A stretch of 64,000 bases of DNA from Candidatus Cloacimonadales bacterium (lineage in GTDB: Bacteria; Cloacimonadota; Cloacimonadia; Cloacimonadales; JAFGVF01): the NCBI GenBank assembly GCA_963663475.2, contig CAXXJV010000001.1:448001-512000 (forward strand). The letters are read 5' to 3'. Of the stretch, positions 39,112 to 48,822 are shown in pieces. The position numbers and the translations under genes were made by a program. The notes below the pieces were generated by a model. The model did not search any database. It was not told where the DNA came from and was given only the letters and a program-made list of their open reading frames with translations. How positions within the stretch are numbered: position 1 is the stretch's first letter; every line of letters begins with the position of its first letter.

Positions 39112-41279
39112 TGAAAATAATTACTTTCATTATTATCTTTATCTTAAGCCTCAGTTCAAGTCTTATCGCTGAGATTTACCAGGGTTATGTATATGACCAA
39201 AATAAAAGGCCCTTGCAAGAAGTCTTAGTCATTCATGGTCAGAATTCTACTTTTTCCCAAGAAAATGGCTACTTTAAACTTAACTCTAAAGCTGAAGCAG
39301 ATTCTCTAATAATCTATTATGCATTTCATGAGATTATTAAAATCAATAAACGAGATTTTACTAAAGTAATGAATTTTACTATGTTACCTTTAGATATTGA
39401 GTTAGATTCTTTTACCTTTACAACCAAAAGAAAGAACAATCAGCTGCCAAATTCTCAAGAGATGGTAAGAATTTCTTTAAAAGATAAGCCTAAAGAAAGT
39501 AATAATCTTGCCCAAGTAATTACTCAAGACAAGAGTATTAAGCTTGAGGGAGTTCAGCTTGCAGGAGAAAAACAAACTGCTTCAATCTTAGGTCAAAGTT
39601 CAAGGCATACCTTGGTCATGTTAGATGGAATACCATTAAATAACAGTGGAGAAGATTTTGATTTAGCTTCTATTCCAGTAGAATTGGTAGATGAAGTTGA
39701 GATCTACAAGAACAATGTTTCTTCTCTGAGTGGTGGTGGTGGTATGGCAGGGGTGATTAATATTAAGACGAGAAAATCTTCAAATAACTCAAATAGTGAA
39801 TTCTCCCTTAATAGAAATGATGGTAGCTATAATTTCCATAAAGTATCACTTACAAGTGGCTTTAACATAGCTAATACTTCGGTATATGCAGTCTTCTCTA
39901 AGCAAAAGTCTGATAATAATTTTAAGTATAAGATAAAAAAAGGCAATGCTTGGAAAAAACTTACTAGAGAAAACAATTCAAAAGAATCTAAAAATGCAAT
40001 GCTGAATCTGGCAAGTAAGTTTTCCTATTTTGATTTTTATTATAGCGGAAACTTGAGTCAATATGATAACCAACTTCCAGGACCTACTAATTATCTAGAC
40101 CTCTATAATGGTGCTTTTATTGAGGGATATGACCTATATAATAATTTCAAACTTCAAAAAAGCATTAGATCTCTAACTAATACTCTTGAAGTTTATTTCT
40201 TGAATAAAGATTCAGAATATAAAAACCTGAAGCCCAACATTCCTTTAACAAAGGCAGATAATCATTCAGAAAACAAACGAAGGGGAATAAAATTAAAGAA
40301 TTCTTTAAGTTTAGATAAATGGGAAATCTCACTAGTTAATAGTCAGCTTGTTGAATCCTATTCACACAGCAATAAGTTCCAACCTGCTTCTAATATTGAG
40401 GAAAGGTTCCAATACTCTTATGCTAGTAGCTTGGTAAGTCAGTATAGCGATAATCACCAACTCTTCAATTATAATCTTATCAGTTCTCTGCGCTATGATA
40501 AACATAACCGCTTTGATGATTTTGTTACTTATAGACTTAGCGGAGATATTAGCTATGATCATATAATCAAGCCCAGTCTGCTCTTTAGTTATGGTAGCAG
40601 TTTTACCTTCCCGTCCTTTTATAGTCTCTACTGGAAGGGAGATTCTCATGCTGTTGGTAATCCTGATCTACGTCCAGAAGAGTCTCAAGGCTATCAAATT
40701 GGACTTACCTTAGAGTATTCTACTTTGGTTTTAAAGATGAATCATTCTTTAAACGAGATAGATAATCTAATTCAGTGGGTAGAAGTTCAACTACAAGGAA
40801 AAGTATGGAAACCTTTAAACATTGGTTCAAGCCAAATAGCTAATTATGAGTTGGAAGCAAATTGGGAAGTAACAAAGAATTTGAGACTTTCATCAAAAGT
40901 TCTTTTTACAGATACAAAAAATAAGACTAGAAAAGAAGATGGTTCTCCTTCTAGTTATTATGGGAAAGAACTTGTTTATATTCCTGACTATAGTATAAAT
41001 CTTGCAGCAGAGTATAGCTATAACAAGTATAATTTCAAAATTGATTACAATAAAACTGGCCCTCAATGGATAACTCAAGATAACCTAAAAGATCCACTTG
41101 CTAGCTATGAACTAGTTAACCTTTCCCTGTCAAAAGTAATTAGTCATAATAATTTTGAGCACAACTTGAATCTAAAACTAAATAATCTTTTAAATAAGTA
41201 TTATGAAATTTATAGCTATAATCCTCAGGCCCCCTTCAATTACAGCCTAGGCTACACAATCAAATATTATCTAAAATAA
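39108..41279 (+). CDS. TonB-dependent receptor, probably for B12 (BtuB-like)
   Basis: Plug motifs HTLVMLDGIP, VEIYK and GVINIKT; GNPDLRPE; NNLLNKYY; riboswitch context. Confidence 0.85.
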   Translation: MMKIITFIIIFILSLSSSLIAEIYQGYVYDQNKRPLQEVLVIHGQNSTFSQENGYFKLNSKAEADSLIIYYAFHEIIKINKRDFTKVMNFTMLPLDIELDSFTFTTKRKNNQLPNSQEMVRISLKDKPKESNNLAQVITQDKSIKLEGVQLAGEKQTASILGQSSRHTLVMLDGIPLNNSGEDFDLASIPVELVDEVEIYKNNVSSLSGGGGMAGVINIKTRKSSNNSNSEFSLNRNDGSYNFHKVSLTSGFNIANTSVYAVFSKQKSDNNFKYKIKKGNAWKKLTRENNSKESKNAMLNLASKFSYFDFYYSGNLSQYDNQLPGPTNYLDLYNGAFIEGYDLYNNFKLQKSIRSLTNTLEVYFLNKDSEYKNLKPNIPLTKADNHSENKRRGIKLKNSLSLDKWEISLVNSQLVESYSHSNKFQPASNIEERFQYSYASSLVSQYSDNHQLFNYNLISSLRYDKHNRFDDFVTYRLSGDISYDHIIKPSLLFSYGSSFTFPSFYSLYWKGDSHAVGNPDLRPEESQGYQIGLTLEYSTLVLKMNHSLNEIDNLIQWVEVQLQGKVWKPLNIGSSQIANYELEANWEVTKNLRLSSKVLFTDTKNKTRKEDGSPSSYYGKELVYIPDYSINLAAEYSYNKYNFKIDYNKTGPQWITQDNLKDPLASYELVNLSLSKVISHNNFEHNLNLKLNNLLNKYYEIYSYNPQAPFNYSLGYTIKYYLK

Positions 41280-41292
41280 AAAGGAGAAGAAG

Positions 41293-42540
41293 ATGAAAAA
41301 ACTTCTTATTTTAATTACTTTGCTTGTTGCTACTAGCCTCTTTAGCAATAATATCTATGTTGTTAACTCAGTTAGTGGAACTCTTTCTAAGATTGATTTA
41401 GAGAATGAAAGTGTAAATAACACCTATGTACAACTAGGTACTACCCCTAACTTAATCGATATCTATGATGATTTTGCTTATGTGGTTAATTCTGGAGATA
41501 ACTCTGTTCAAAAAATTGATCTAACTAGTGGTAATACTGTGAGTAATATTTATGTCGCTGATTCCTCAAATCCATGGTATGCTAAAGTTAAAGGAGAATT
41601 TTTATATGTAACTGCTTTTAATACTAACAAACTTTACAAAATTAGTTTAGCAAGTGAAGAGATTGTTGCAGAAGTAGAAGTGGGTCAAGCTCCCGAAGGT
41701 ATAGAGTTTGCTCTGGGTAAAATCTATGTTTCTTGTACAGGTGGCTATGTCAACAACTACCAAGATAGTCAAATTACTGTCCTTTCTGAAGATAATTTGG
41801 AAATTATCACTAGCATACCTACTTCCCTTAACCCACAATATGTTCACTTGTATAATGGAAAAATTTACGTTATGTGTACAGGTAACTGGCTTGATGTCAT
41901 GGGTTATGTAGAAGTTATAAATCCTCAAACAGACACTATAATGGCTAGTTTAAATATCGGTGGTAATTTAGGTAAAGCAGCCTTTATCAATAACCACGCC
42001 TATATTACTGATGCTATGAATACTGGACTTTACGCGATTGAAACAGATACAGATACAATCCTAAATGACTCTTCTAACCCCCTCAACCCCGGTGGATCAA
42101 CTATTGCTAGTAATGGGCAAATGCTTGCTTTTGTTAACTCAGAATGGGGCTCCAATGGCACTGTCTGGATAACAGATGCTAATCTAGAAAATGGCCAATC
42201 TTTTGAAGTTGCTCTCGCTCCATCTGATGTTATTTTCCAATATCAAGCTGTTGCTAACTCTGATAACAGTGTTTCTCCTGCCCAAATATCTGTTAATGCC
42301 TACCCTAATCCTACAAGTAAGGGCCTTAACTTCCAGCTGCAAGGTAACACAAGAGGAGAAAGTCATGTCCAAATCTATAATCTAAAAGGACAGTTAGTCG
42401 ACCAATTTACTGCCCAAGAAAATCTCTTCCGCTGGAACTCAAATAGAATAAATAATGATAATTTGGCTTCTGGCCTATACTTCTACAAAATAACAAACAA
42501 TAACCATAGCCTTAGTGGTAAATTCATAATTCTCAAATAG
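41293..42540 (+). CDS. YncE/BtuG-like beta-propeller with FlgD/T9SS-like C-terminal domain
   Basis: Repeated YVVNS/IYV...V-G-x-x-P blades; C-terminal AYPNP...IYNLKGQ...LASGLYFY. Confidence 0.75.
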   Translation: MKKLLILITLLVATSLFSNNIYVVNSVSGTLSKIDLENESVNNTYVQLGTTPNLIDIYDDFAYVVNSGDNSVQKIDLTSGNTVSNIYVADSSNPWYAKVKGEFLYVTAFNTNKLYKISLASEEIVAEVEVGQAPEGIEFALGKIYVSCTGGYVNNYQDSQITVLSEDNLEIITSIPTSLNPQYVHLYNGKIYVMCTGNWLDVMGYVEVINPQTDTIMASLNIGGNLGKAAFINNHAYITDAMNTGLYAIETDTDTILNDSSNPLNPGGSTIASNGQMLAFVNSEWGSNGTVWITDANLENGQSFEVALAPSDVIFQYQAVANSDNSVSPAQISVNAYPNPTSKGLNFQLQGNTRGESHVQIYNLKGQLVDQFTAQENLFRWNSNRINNDNLASGLYFYKITNNNHSLSGKFIILK

Positions 42541-42551
42541 AGAAACCCTGT

Positions 42552-42583
42552 TCCCTCTGTGTTGTTGCCACAGAGGGTTTTTT
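42552..42583 (+). terminator. Intrinsic terminator
   Basis: CCCTCTGTG-loop-CACAGAGGG followed by a T tract. Confidence 0.8.
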
Positions 42584-42942
42584 ATCCTATTTAGAATCTC
42601 CTTAAGCTTCCTATATGGTAAGTATTTTTTTAAATGATTTGACTAATTCTAGATAAAATATTTAATGACATTAATACAATATTACTGATTTTTTACTAAA
42701 ATATTAATTTTCGAAATAAGAAAAATATTTAAATCCAAATTATGTAAATTAACTTTTGCAATAGAAGATTACGCTATATACAAAAGTCTTATACATTCTT
42801 TGAGTTAAATTTCTAGCAATGATTATTACTTAATTATTAATGAAATATTTATGTAGCGTCAGTTTAGTGTTTATAAAATTAAAAGCAAATTCTTAGGAAT
42901 AATAAACACTGAAGCAATTAAAAAAAGAAGGTAAAGATATTT

Positions 42943-44001
42943 ATGAGTGAAACATTCACAGGGATATTAATCAAGAGAAAGCCTGTTTCTAAAATAGTGA
43001 CTCCTGATGATATCAATAATAGAAATCCTATCACAATTTCAACTAAATTAGTAAATAAGTTGAAGTTAGAACATGGATTAAGAATGACAGTTACTTACAA
43101 AACTGTTAAAGGTACAAAAGTAGTTGATGAGATACTAGAGATTTGTGGTAAAGACCCCCAAGTATTCTACGAAAGAAGTGATTTAAGTCGCTATACAGTA
43201 ATTAATCCAGAAGATAAATTTTCATTCCATGAAAGCTCTTTTAACTCTCTCAGATTAATAGATAAATTCTCTCCAATCGCTAGAGGCTCAAGAGCCCTAA
43301 TTGTTTCTCCCCCACGTTCAGGTAAAACAACCTTACTCAAAGAACTGGCCCTTGATATTAAAAGAAACTACCCTAATGTACTTCCTGTTGTTGTTCTAGT
43401 TGATGAAAGACCAGAAGAAATTACTGATTTTAGAAGAGAAATTGATGGGATAGTTCTAGCTAGTAGCAATGACCAAAATCTTGGTGCCCATGTTTTTATT
43501 ACTTCTCTAGCTATGAGTATTGCCAAGAATGAACTTGAATGCGGAAACGAAGTAGTCTTCTTAGTCGATAGCTTAACTAGAATAGGAAGAGTCTATAACC
43601 TCAATTATAAAGGAAATGGGAAAGTAATGAGCGGTGGAATTACCGCTGGTGCCCTAGAAATACCTAGAAAATTCTTCGGTCTTGCTCGTAATATTGAAAA
43701 CGGTGGTTCTCTCTCTATAATTGCTACAATTTTAGTAGATACAGGTTCTAGAATGGACCAACTAATCTTTGAAGAATTTAAAGGAACTGGCAACTGTGAA
43801 ATAGTCTTAGATAGAGAGATTGCAGATAATCGTATTTTCCCTGCTATTGATATCCTGCATAGTGGTACTAGAAGAGACGAACTTTTCTATACTACTGAAG
43901 AATTTGAGAAAATTAATGAATATAGACGTTCATTGCTTAAAAAAGATAAAATATCAGCAATAAAAGATGCAATTACTACTGTTGAGAATGATGAATTTTA
44001 A
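42943..44001 (+). CDS. rho: Transcription termination factor Rho, short atypical form
   Basis: SPPRSGKTT, VDERPEE, DSLTR, ARNIENGGSL, FEEFKGTGN and SGTRRDE; N-terminus abbreviated. Confidence 0.85.
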   Translation: MSETFTGILIKRKPVSKIVTPDDINNRNPITISTKLVNKLKLEHGLRMTVTYKTVKGTKVVDEILEICGKDPQVFYERSDLSRYTVINPEDKFSFHESSFNSLRLIDKFSPIARGSRALIVSPPRSGKTTLLKELALDIKRNYPNVLPVVVLVDERPEEITDFRREIDGIVLASSNDQNLGAHVFITSLAMSIAKNELECGNEVVFLVDSLTRIGRVYNLNYKGNGKVMSGGITAGALEIPRKFFGLARNIENGGSLSIIATILVDTGSRMDQLIFEEFKGTGNCEIVLDREIADNRIFPAIDILHSGTRRDELFYTTEEFEKINEYRRSLLKKDKISAIKDAITTVENDEF

Positions 44002-44131
44002 TTTTTACTAGACCTATAAGCTTGGCATTAATTTACTTTATTTAGCTATATAAGGATAAATAAACTGTTAATTTTTAAGAATCTTCACTCTAAATAAGCA
44101 ATAATAATAATCTATTTTTTTAAAAGTTATC

Positions 44132-44301
44132 TTATATCCAAAATGCTACAATAGTACTTTAGGGAAGAGAGCTGATTATTCTAGCAAAATAGCTTTCAGA
44201 ATTAGGACACATATAACATATATATTCCTAATAATTATGGATCTTACTTTTGCAAAAGAAAATAAGGCTACTCACAAAGATCTACTGGATTATTTAGCTT
44301 T
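44132..44301 (+). repeat. Dispersed ~170-bp hairpin repeat, diverged copy
   Basis: GATTATTCTAGCAAAATAGCTT...CTTACTTTTGCAAAAGAA...CACAAAGATCTACT. Confidence 0.8.
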
Positions 44302-44311
44302 CTCAGCTATT

Positions 44312-44392
44312 GCATGCTTATTCCTTCCTTTACACTCTTTCGATGAAAGTCCGCTTTTCATCGAAAGAGTGTAAAGGAAGGAATAAGCATGC
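44312..44392. repeat. Long palindrome, repeat family 2 (copy 2)
   Basis: Perfect 37-bp stem with a 7-nt loop; homologous to 15082-15160. Confidence 0.9.
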
Positions 44393-44509
44393 TACAAGTA
44401 TAATAGGAAATTTGAATTTATAGCAGACAATTTTTTTCAATTACTTCTTGACCATAATTCCCCTTTTGTTAAAATATGAAAAATAATAAAATCAAGATAT
44501 GGAGGAACA

Positions 44510-45589
44510 ATGGAAAATCGCGTATTAGCAATTAATCCTGGTTCAACATCAACAAAAATCGCAGTATATGATGACGCTACAGAAGTATTTACTAAAACAT
44601 TAAGACATGATGCAGAAGTTTTAGATAAATTTGGTGGCATAATCGAACAGTATGATTACAGAAAGAAATTAGTTTTAGAAGCAATGGCTGAAAACAATGT
44701 AGATCCTAAAACATTAGCAGCAGTTGTAGGCCGCGGTGGTTTAATGAAAGCCATTGCTGGTGGTACATATGCAGTCAATGAAGAAATGAAAAAAGATCTT
44801 AGTGACCCAGCTTTATGGGGCAGAATCCATGCTTCAAATCTTGGTGCTTTCATTTCTGAATCAATTGCTAAAGATTATGGTATTCCTGCTTATATAGTAG
44901 ATCCTGTAGTGGTTGATGAATTCGATGAAATTGCAAGAATTTCTGGTATTCCTGAAATCAAAAGACAATCACTTTTCCATGCTTTAAATATCAGATATAT
45001 AGCTAGACTTTTAGCTGAGAAATTAGGAAAACCACTATCAGAATGCAATATGGTTGGTATCCATATGGGTGGTGGTGTATCTGTTGCAGCTATCAAAGAA
45101 GGTAGAGTAGTCGATGTAAATAATGCACTTTTAGGAATGGGACCTTTCTCCCCTCAACGTGCTGGTGCTTTACCAATAGGTGACCTCATAGAAATGTGTT
45201 ATTCTGGTGAATATACTAAAAAAGAATTACTTGGTTACTTATCTAAGAAAGCTGGTTATTTAGCTTACTTAGGCACCGATGATGGCAGAGATGTAGCAGA
45301 AATGATTAAAAATGGTGATAAAAAAGCTAAATTAATCCAAGATGCTATGTGTTACCAAGTAGCAAAAGAAGTTGGTGCTTGTGCAAGTGTTCTTAATGGC
45401 AAAGTCGATGTTATCTTTATGTCAGGTGGTCTTGTTTATAATGATCTTATTGTTAAAACAATTTCTGATAGAGTTGAATTTATTGCTCCTATTGAGCTTT
45501 TCCCTGGAGAAAAAGAAATGGAAGCCCTCTGTCAAGGTGGAACTAGAGTTCTTAAAGGCTTAGAAGAAGCTAAAGTTTACGGAAAGTAA
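44510..45589 (+). CDS. buk: Butyrate kinase
   Basis: INPGSTSTK, GRGG, HASNLG, VDPVVVDE, HALN, HMGGG and GPFSPQRAG. Confidence 0.95.
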   Translation: MENRVLAINPGSTSTKIAVYDDATEVFTKTLRHDAEVLDKFGGIIEQYDYRKKLVLEAMAENNVDPKTLAAVVGRGGLMKAIAGGTYAVNEEMKKDLSDPALWGRIHASNLGAFISESIAKDYGIPAYIVDPVVVDEFDEIARISGIPEIKRQSLFHALNIRYIARLLAEKLGKPLSECNMVGIHMGGGVSVAAIKEGRVVDVNNALLGMGPFSPQRAGALPIGDLIEMCYSGEYTKKELLGYLSKKAGYLAYLGTDDGRDVAEMIKNGDKKAKLIQDAMCYQVAKEVGACASVLNGKVDVIFMSGGLVYNDLIVKTISDRVEFIAPIELFPGEKEMEALCQGGTRVLKGLEEAKVYGK

Positions 45590-45616
45590 CTAATAATAAA
45601 TTTAGATAAAAGACTA

Positions 45617-45645
45617 GAGGCACGAATAATCGTGCCTTTCTTTTT
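45617..45645 (+). terminator. Intrinsic terminator
   Basis: AGGCACGA-loop-TCGTGCCT followed by a T-rich tail. Confidence 0.75.
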
Positions 45646-45717
45646 ACTTGACACAAAAAGTCTATTTTACTCCTTGATACAATAGATTAATATTAATAAC
45701 TTTACGGAGAAAAAATT

Positions 45718-48312
45718 ATGAGAAATAGTAGCGAAATAAGAGCTCAATTTATAGATTTTTTTAAGAGCAAAGGACACACCTTTGTTAAATCATCACCTGT
45801 TATACCTCAAGATGACCCTACCTTACTCTTTATAAATGCTGGTATGAATCAGTTTAAAGATATCTTTTTAGATAAAGTAGAGGCAAAATATTTAAGAGCA
45901 GTAAACTCACAAAAATGTATTAGAGCTGGTGGCAAGCATAATGACCTTGATGAAGTGGGTAAAGACGGTTATCACCATACTTTTTTTGAAATGCTGGGTA
46001 ACTGGTCCTTCGGTGATTACTATAAAAAAGAAGCTATTTCTTGGGCATGGGAATTAATTACCCAAGTCTGGAAACTAGATAAATCAAAACTCTATGCTAC
46101 AGTACACCATTCTGATCAAGAAGCCTACGATTTATGGAAAGAAGTGACTGATATAGACCCTTCCCACATTAGCTATCATGGTGATAAAGATAACTTCTGG
46201 GAGATGGGAGAAACTGGACCTTGTGGACCTTGCACAGAGATTCATTATGACCGAGGCAGAGATTACTGCGGTGTTGAAGGAGACCATAATTGTGATGTCA
46301 ATGGTGACTGTCACAGGTATATGGAGATTTGGAACCTTGTCTTTATGCAATATTATCGAGAAACAGATGGTTCTCTAACTCCTCTTAAAAAAACTCATGT
46401 TGATACAGGGTCTGGTTTTGAAAGAATTTGTCAGATTCTACAAGGCAAAGATTCTAATTACCATACAGATCTTTTCATGCCAATTATTAATGATATAAGC
46501 AAAATCTCAGGTTTTGAATACCATCCTGATAAATCTGTCTCTCATCGAGTTATTGCTGACCATATAAGATGTTTAACCTTTGCTTTAAGCGATGGAGGCA
46601 TGCCTGCTAATGAAGGAAGAGGTTATGTCTTGAGAAGAATCCTAAGAAGAGCTGCTCGTTACGGACGAAACATAGGTCTTAAAGATCCTTTCTTGTACAA
46701 GCTAGTAGATTCTGTCATTTCTGTTATGGGAGACCACTTTAGTGAACTTAAAGATAAAAGAGATTACATCATGATGGTTATCAAATCTGAGGAAGAAAGG
46801 TTTAATCAAACACTTGATAAAGGTTTAGAAAAATTTGAAGAAATTGTTAATTCTTTAACTTCCAAAACTATCCCTGGCCAAGAAGCTTTTACCCTTTATG
46901 ACACCTTTGGCTTCCCAATAGATTTAACTAATATTCTGGCTGAAGAAAGAGGACTCTTAGTTGATATGCAAGCCTTTGACCAAGCAATGGACCAACAAAA
47001 AGAAAGAGCTCGTCAAGCTTCTAAATTCTCCATGGATCAAGATGATAGTGACTGGGTAATATTAGAAAAAAATCAACAAACTGACTTCGTTGGCTATGAC
47101 AGTTTAACCAGCTCTAGCAATATCTTACGCTATGCTTTAGAAGATAAAAACCTTGTAAAAATAGTTCTCGATAAAAGTCCTTTCTATGCAGAATCAGGCG
47201 GACAAACAGGAGACAAAGGCCAGATAAAAGGGCAAGACTTCCTAATTCAAATCTTTGATGTAAAAAAAGTAGCAGATAATTTCATTCACTTAGGCAAATT
47301 AGTCCAGGGAAAAATTACTAGTAAAGAGGTTGAGGCTTCTGTAACTCAATCAACTAGAAGAGATACTGCCTCTAATCATACTGCAACCCACTTACTTCAC
47401 TCAGCTTTAAGAAAAGTTCTAGGTCCACATGTCCAACAAAAAGGATCTTTGGTAGATAGTAAGGGACTTAGATTCGATTTTACCCATTTTTCAGCTGTAA
47501 ATCCTGAAGAAATTAAGCAGGTTGAAGATCTTGTTAACTCAGAGATTAGAAAGAATTTACCAGTAAATGTTTCTATTAAAAGTATCGAAGAAGCAAAAAA
47601 ATCTGGTGCTATGGCTCTCTTTGGAGAAAAATATGGTGACCAAGTAAGAGTTGTTACTGTTGCTGATTTTTCTCAAGAACTATGCGGTGGAACTCATGTA
47701 AAATCTACTGGCGAAATTGGACCTTTCAAAATTATTAGCGAATCATCTTCTGCAGCTGGTATTAGAAGAATTGAAGCTATTACAGGCCAAAGGAGCTTAG
47801 AATATTTCTCTAATCTAGAAGGCAAATTGGATTCTATCAAGAATCTTCTGACTGCTAATGATAAAAATCTTCTGGAAAAAGTTGAGAAAGTTTTAGCTGA
47901 AAATCATGACCTTAAGCGAGAAATTGAAGTTTTGAAAGCTAAACAAGCTAATTCTCTTATTACAGATTTACTTGCAAATGTAAAAACAATCGGTCAAGTT
48001 AAACTCCTTGCTAGTCAAGTAAAAGTAGATAACCCCAACGACTTAAGATTACTAGGTGATCAATTGAAAGATAAACTGCAGTCAGGTATTGCTGTCTTAA
48101 TTGCTAATCTAGGCAACAAAGTTTCTCTCTTAACTATTGTAAGTCAAGATCTTACTAAACAGTACCACGCAGGCAAAATTGTTGGGCAACTAGCTTCTAT
48201 CCTAGGAGGAAAAGGGGGAGGTAGACCAGATTCTGCTATGGCTGGAGGAAAAGATGTTGATAAAATACCGCAAGCACTTAATAGCTTAGAAGATATTATC
48301 AAGGGTAAATAA
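45718..48312 (+). CDS. alaS: Alanine--tRNA ligase
   Basis: NAGMNQFK, HHTFFEMLGN, GPCGPC, IWNLVF, HTATHLL, ELCGGTH and GGGRP. Confidence 0.98.
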   Translation: MRNSSEIRAQFIDFFKSKGHTFVKSSPVIPQDDPTLLFINAGMNQFKDIFLDKVEAKYLRAVNSQKCIRAGGKHNDLDEVGKDGYHHTFFEMLGNWSFGDYYKKEAISWAWELITQVWKLDKSKLYATVHHSDQEAYDLWKEVTDIDPSHISYHGDKDNFWEMGETGPCGPCTEIHYDRGRDYCGVEGDHNCDVNGDCHRYMEIWNLVFMQYYRETDGSLTPLKKTHVDTGSGFERICQILQGKDSNYHTDLFMPIINDISKISGFEYHPDKSVSHRVIADHIRCLTFALSDGGMPANEGRGYVLRRILRRAARYGRNIGLKDPFLYKLVDSVISVMGDHFSELKDKRDYIMMVIKSEEERFNQTLDKGLEKFEEIVNSLTSKTIPGQEAFTLYDTFGFPIDLTNILAEERGLLVDMQAFDQAMDQQKERARQASKFSMDQDDSDWVILEKNQQTDFVGYDSLTSSSNILRYALEDKNLVKIVLDKSPFYAESGGQTGDKGQIKGQDFLIQIFDVKKVADNFIHLGKLVQGKITSKEVEASVTQSTRRDTASNHTATHLLHSALRKVLGPHVQQKGSLVDSKGLRFDFTHFSAVNPEEIKQVEDLVNSEIRKNLPVNVSIKSIEEAKKSGAMALFGEKYGDQVRVVTVADFSQELCGGTHVKSTGEIGPFKIISESSSAAGIRRIEAITGQRSLEYFSNLEGKLDSIKNLLTANDKNLLEKVEKVLAENHDLKREIEVLKAKQANSLITDLLANVKTIGQVKLLASQVKVDNPNDLRLLGDQLKDKLQSGIAVLIANLGNKVSLLTIVSQDLTKQYHAGKIVGQLASILGGKGGGRPDSAMAGGKDVDKIPQALNSLEDIIKGK

Positions 48313-48374
48313 AACATTTTTTCTTAACTAACTAGAAATATCAAACCCTTCCCTAAAGGATAATTTAGAATATA

Positions 48375-48661
48375 TTTGCAAAGTAAGTTACAGAATTTGA
48401 AGGCATATAATATATATATTCCTGAAAATTCTGTAACTTACTTTTGCAAAAGAAGATAGTGCTATTCGCAATGGTCTACTGCATTATTGGGTTAAACCCA
48501 GATAGTGTAGTAGAGCTTTAGTGAAGAGTGCAGATTATTCTAGCAAAATAGCTTACAGAATTTTGACGCATATAATTTATATATTCGGAGAAATTATGGA
48601 AGTTACTTTTGCAGAAGAATATAGTGCTATTCACAAAGGTCTACTGCATTATTGGGTTAAA
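48375..48661 (+). repeat. Two tandem hairpin repeats (partial 48375-48495; full reference copy 48492-48661) sharing a TTAA junction
   Basis: Junction GGGTTAAACCC; the full copy is nearly identical to 18817-18987. Confidence 0.9.
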
Positions 48662-48822
48662 CTCAACTGTGCTAAAAGTTCACCATTATTCACTTCTTTC
48701 TGGCAAATAAAATCTTTTTAAAAAACATATTTTACCGCTTAAAAAAAGTATTTAACAAAAGATAAATTCTTTGGGTAAATTATTATCTTGACAATAAAAT
48801 GTGACAACCGTAAAATTAGTCT

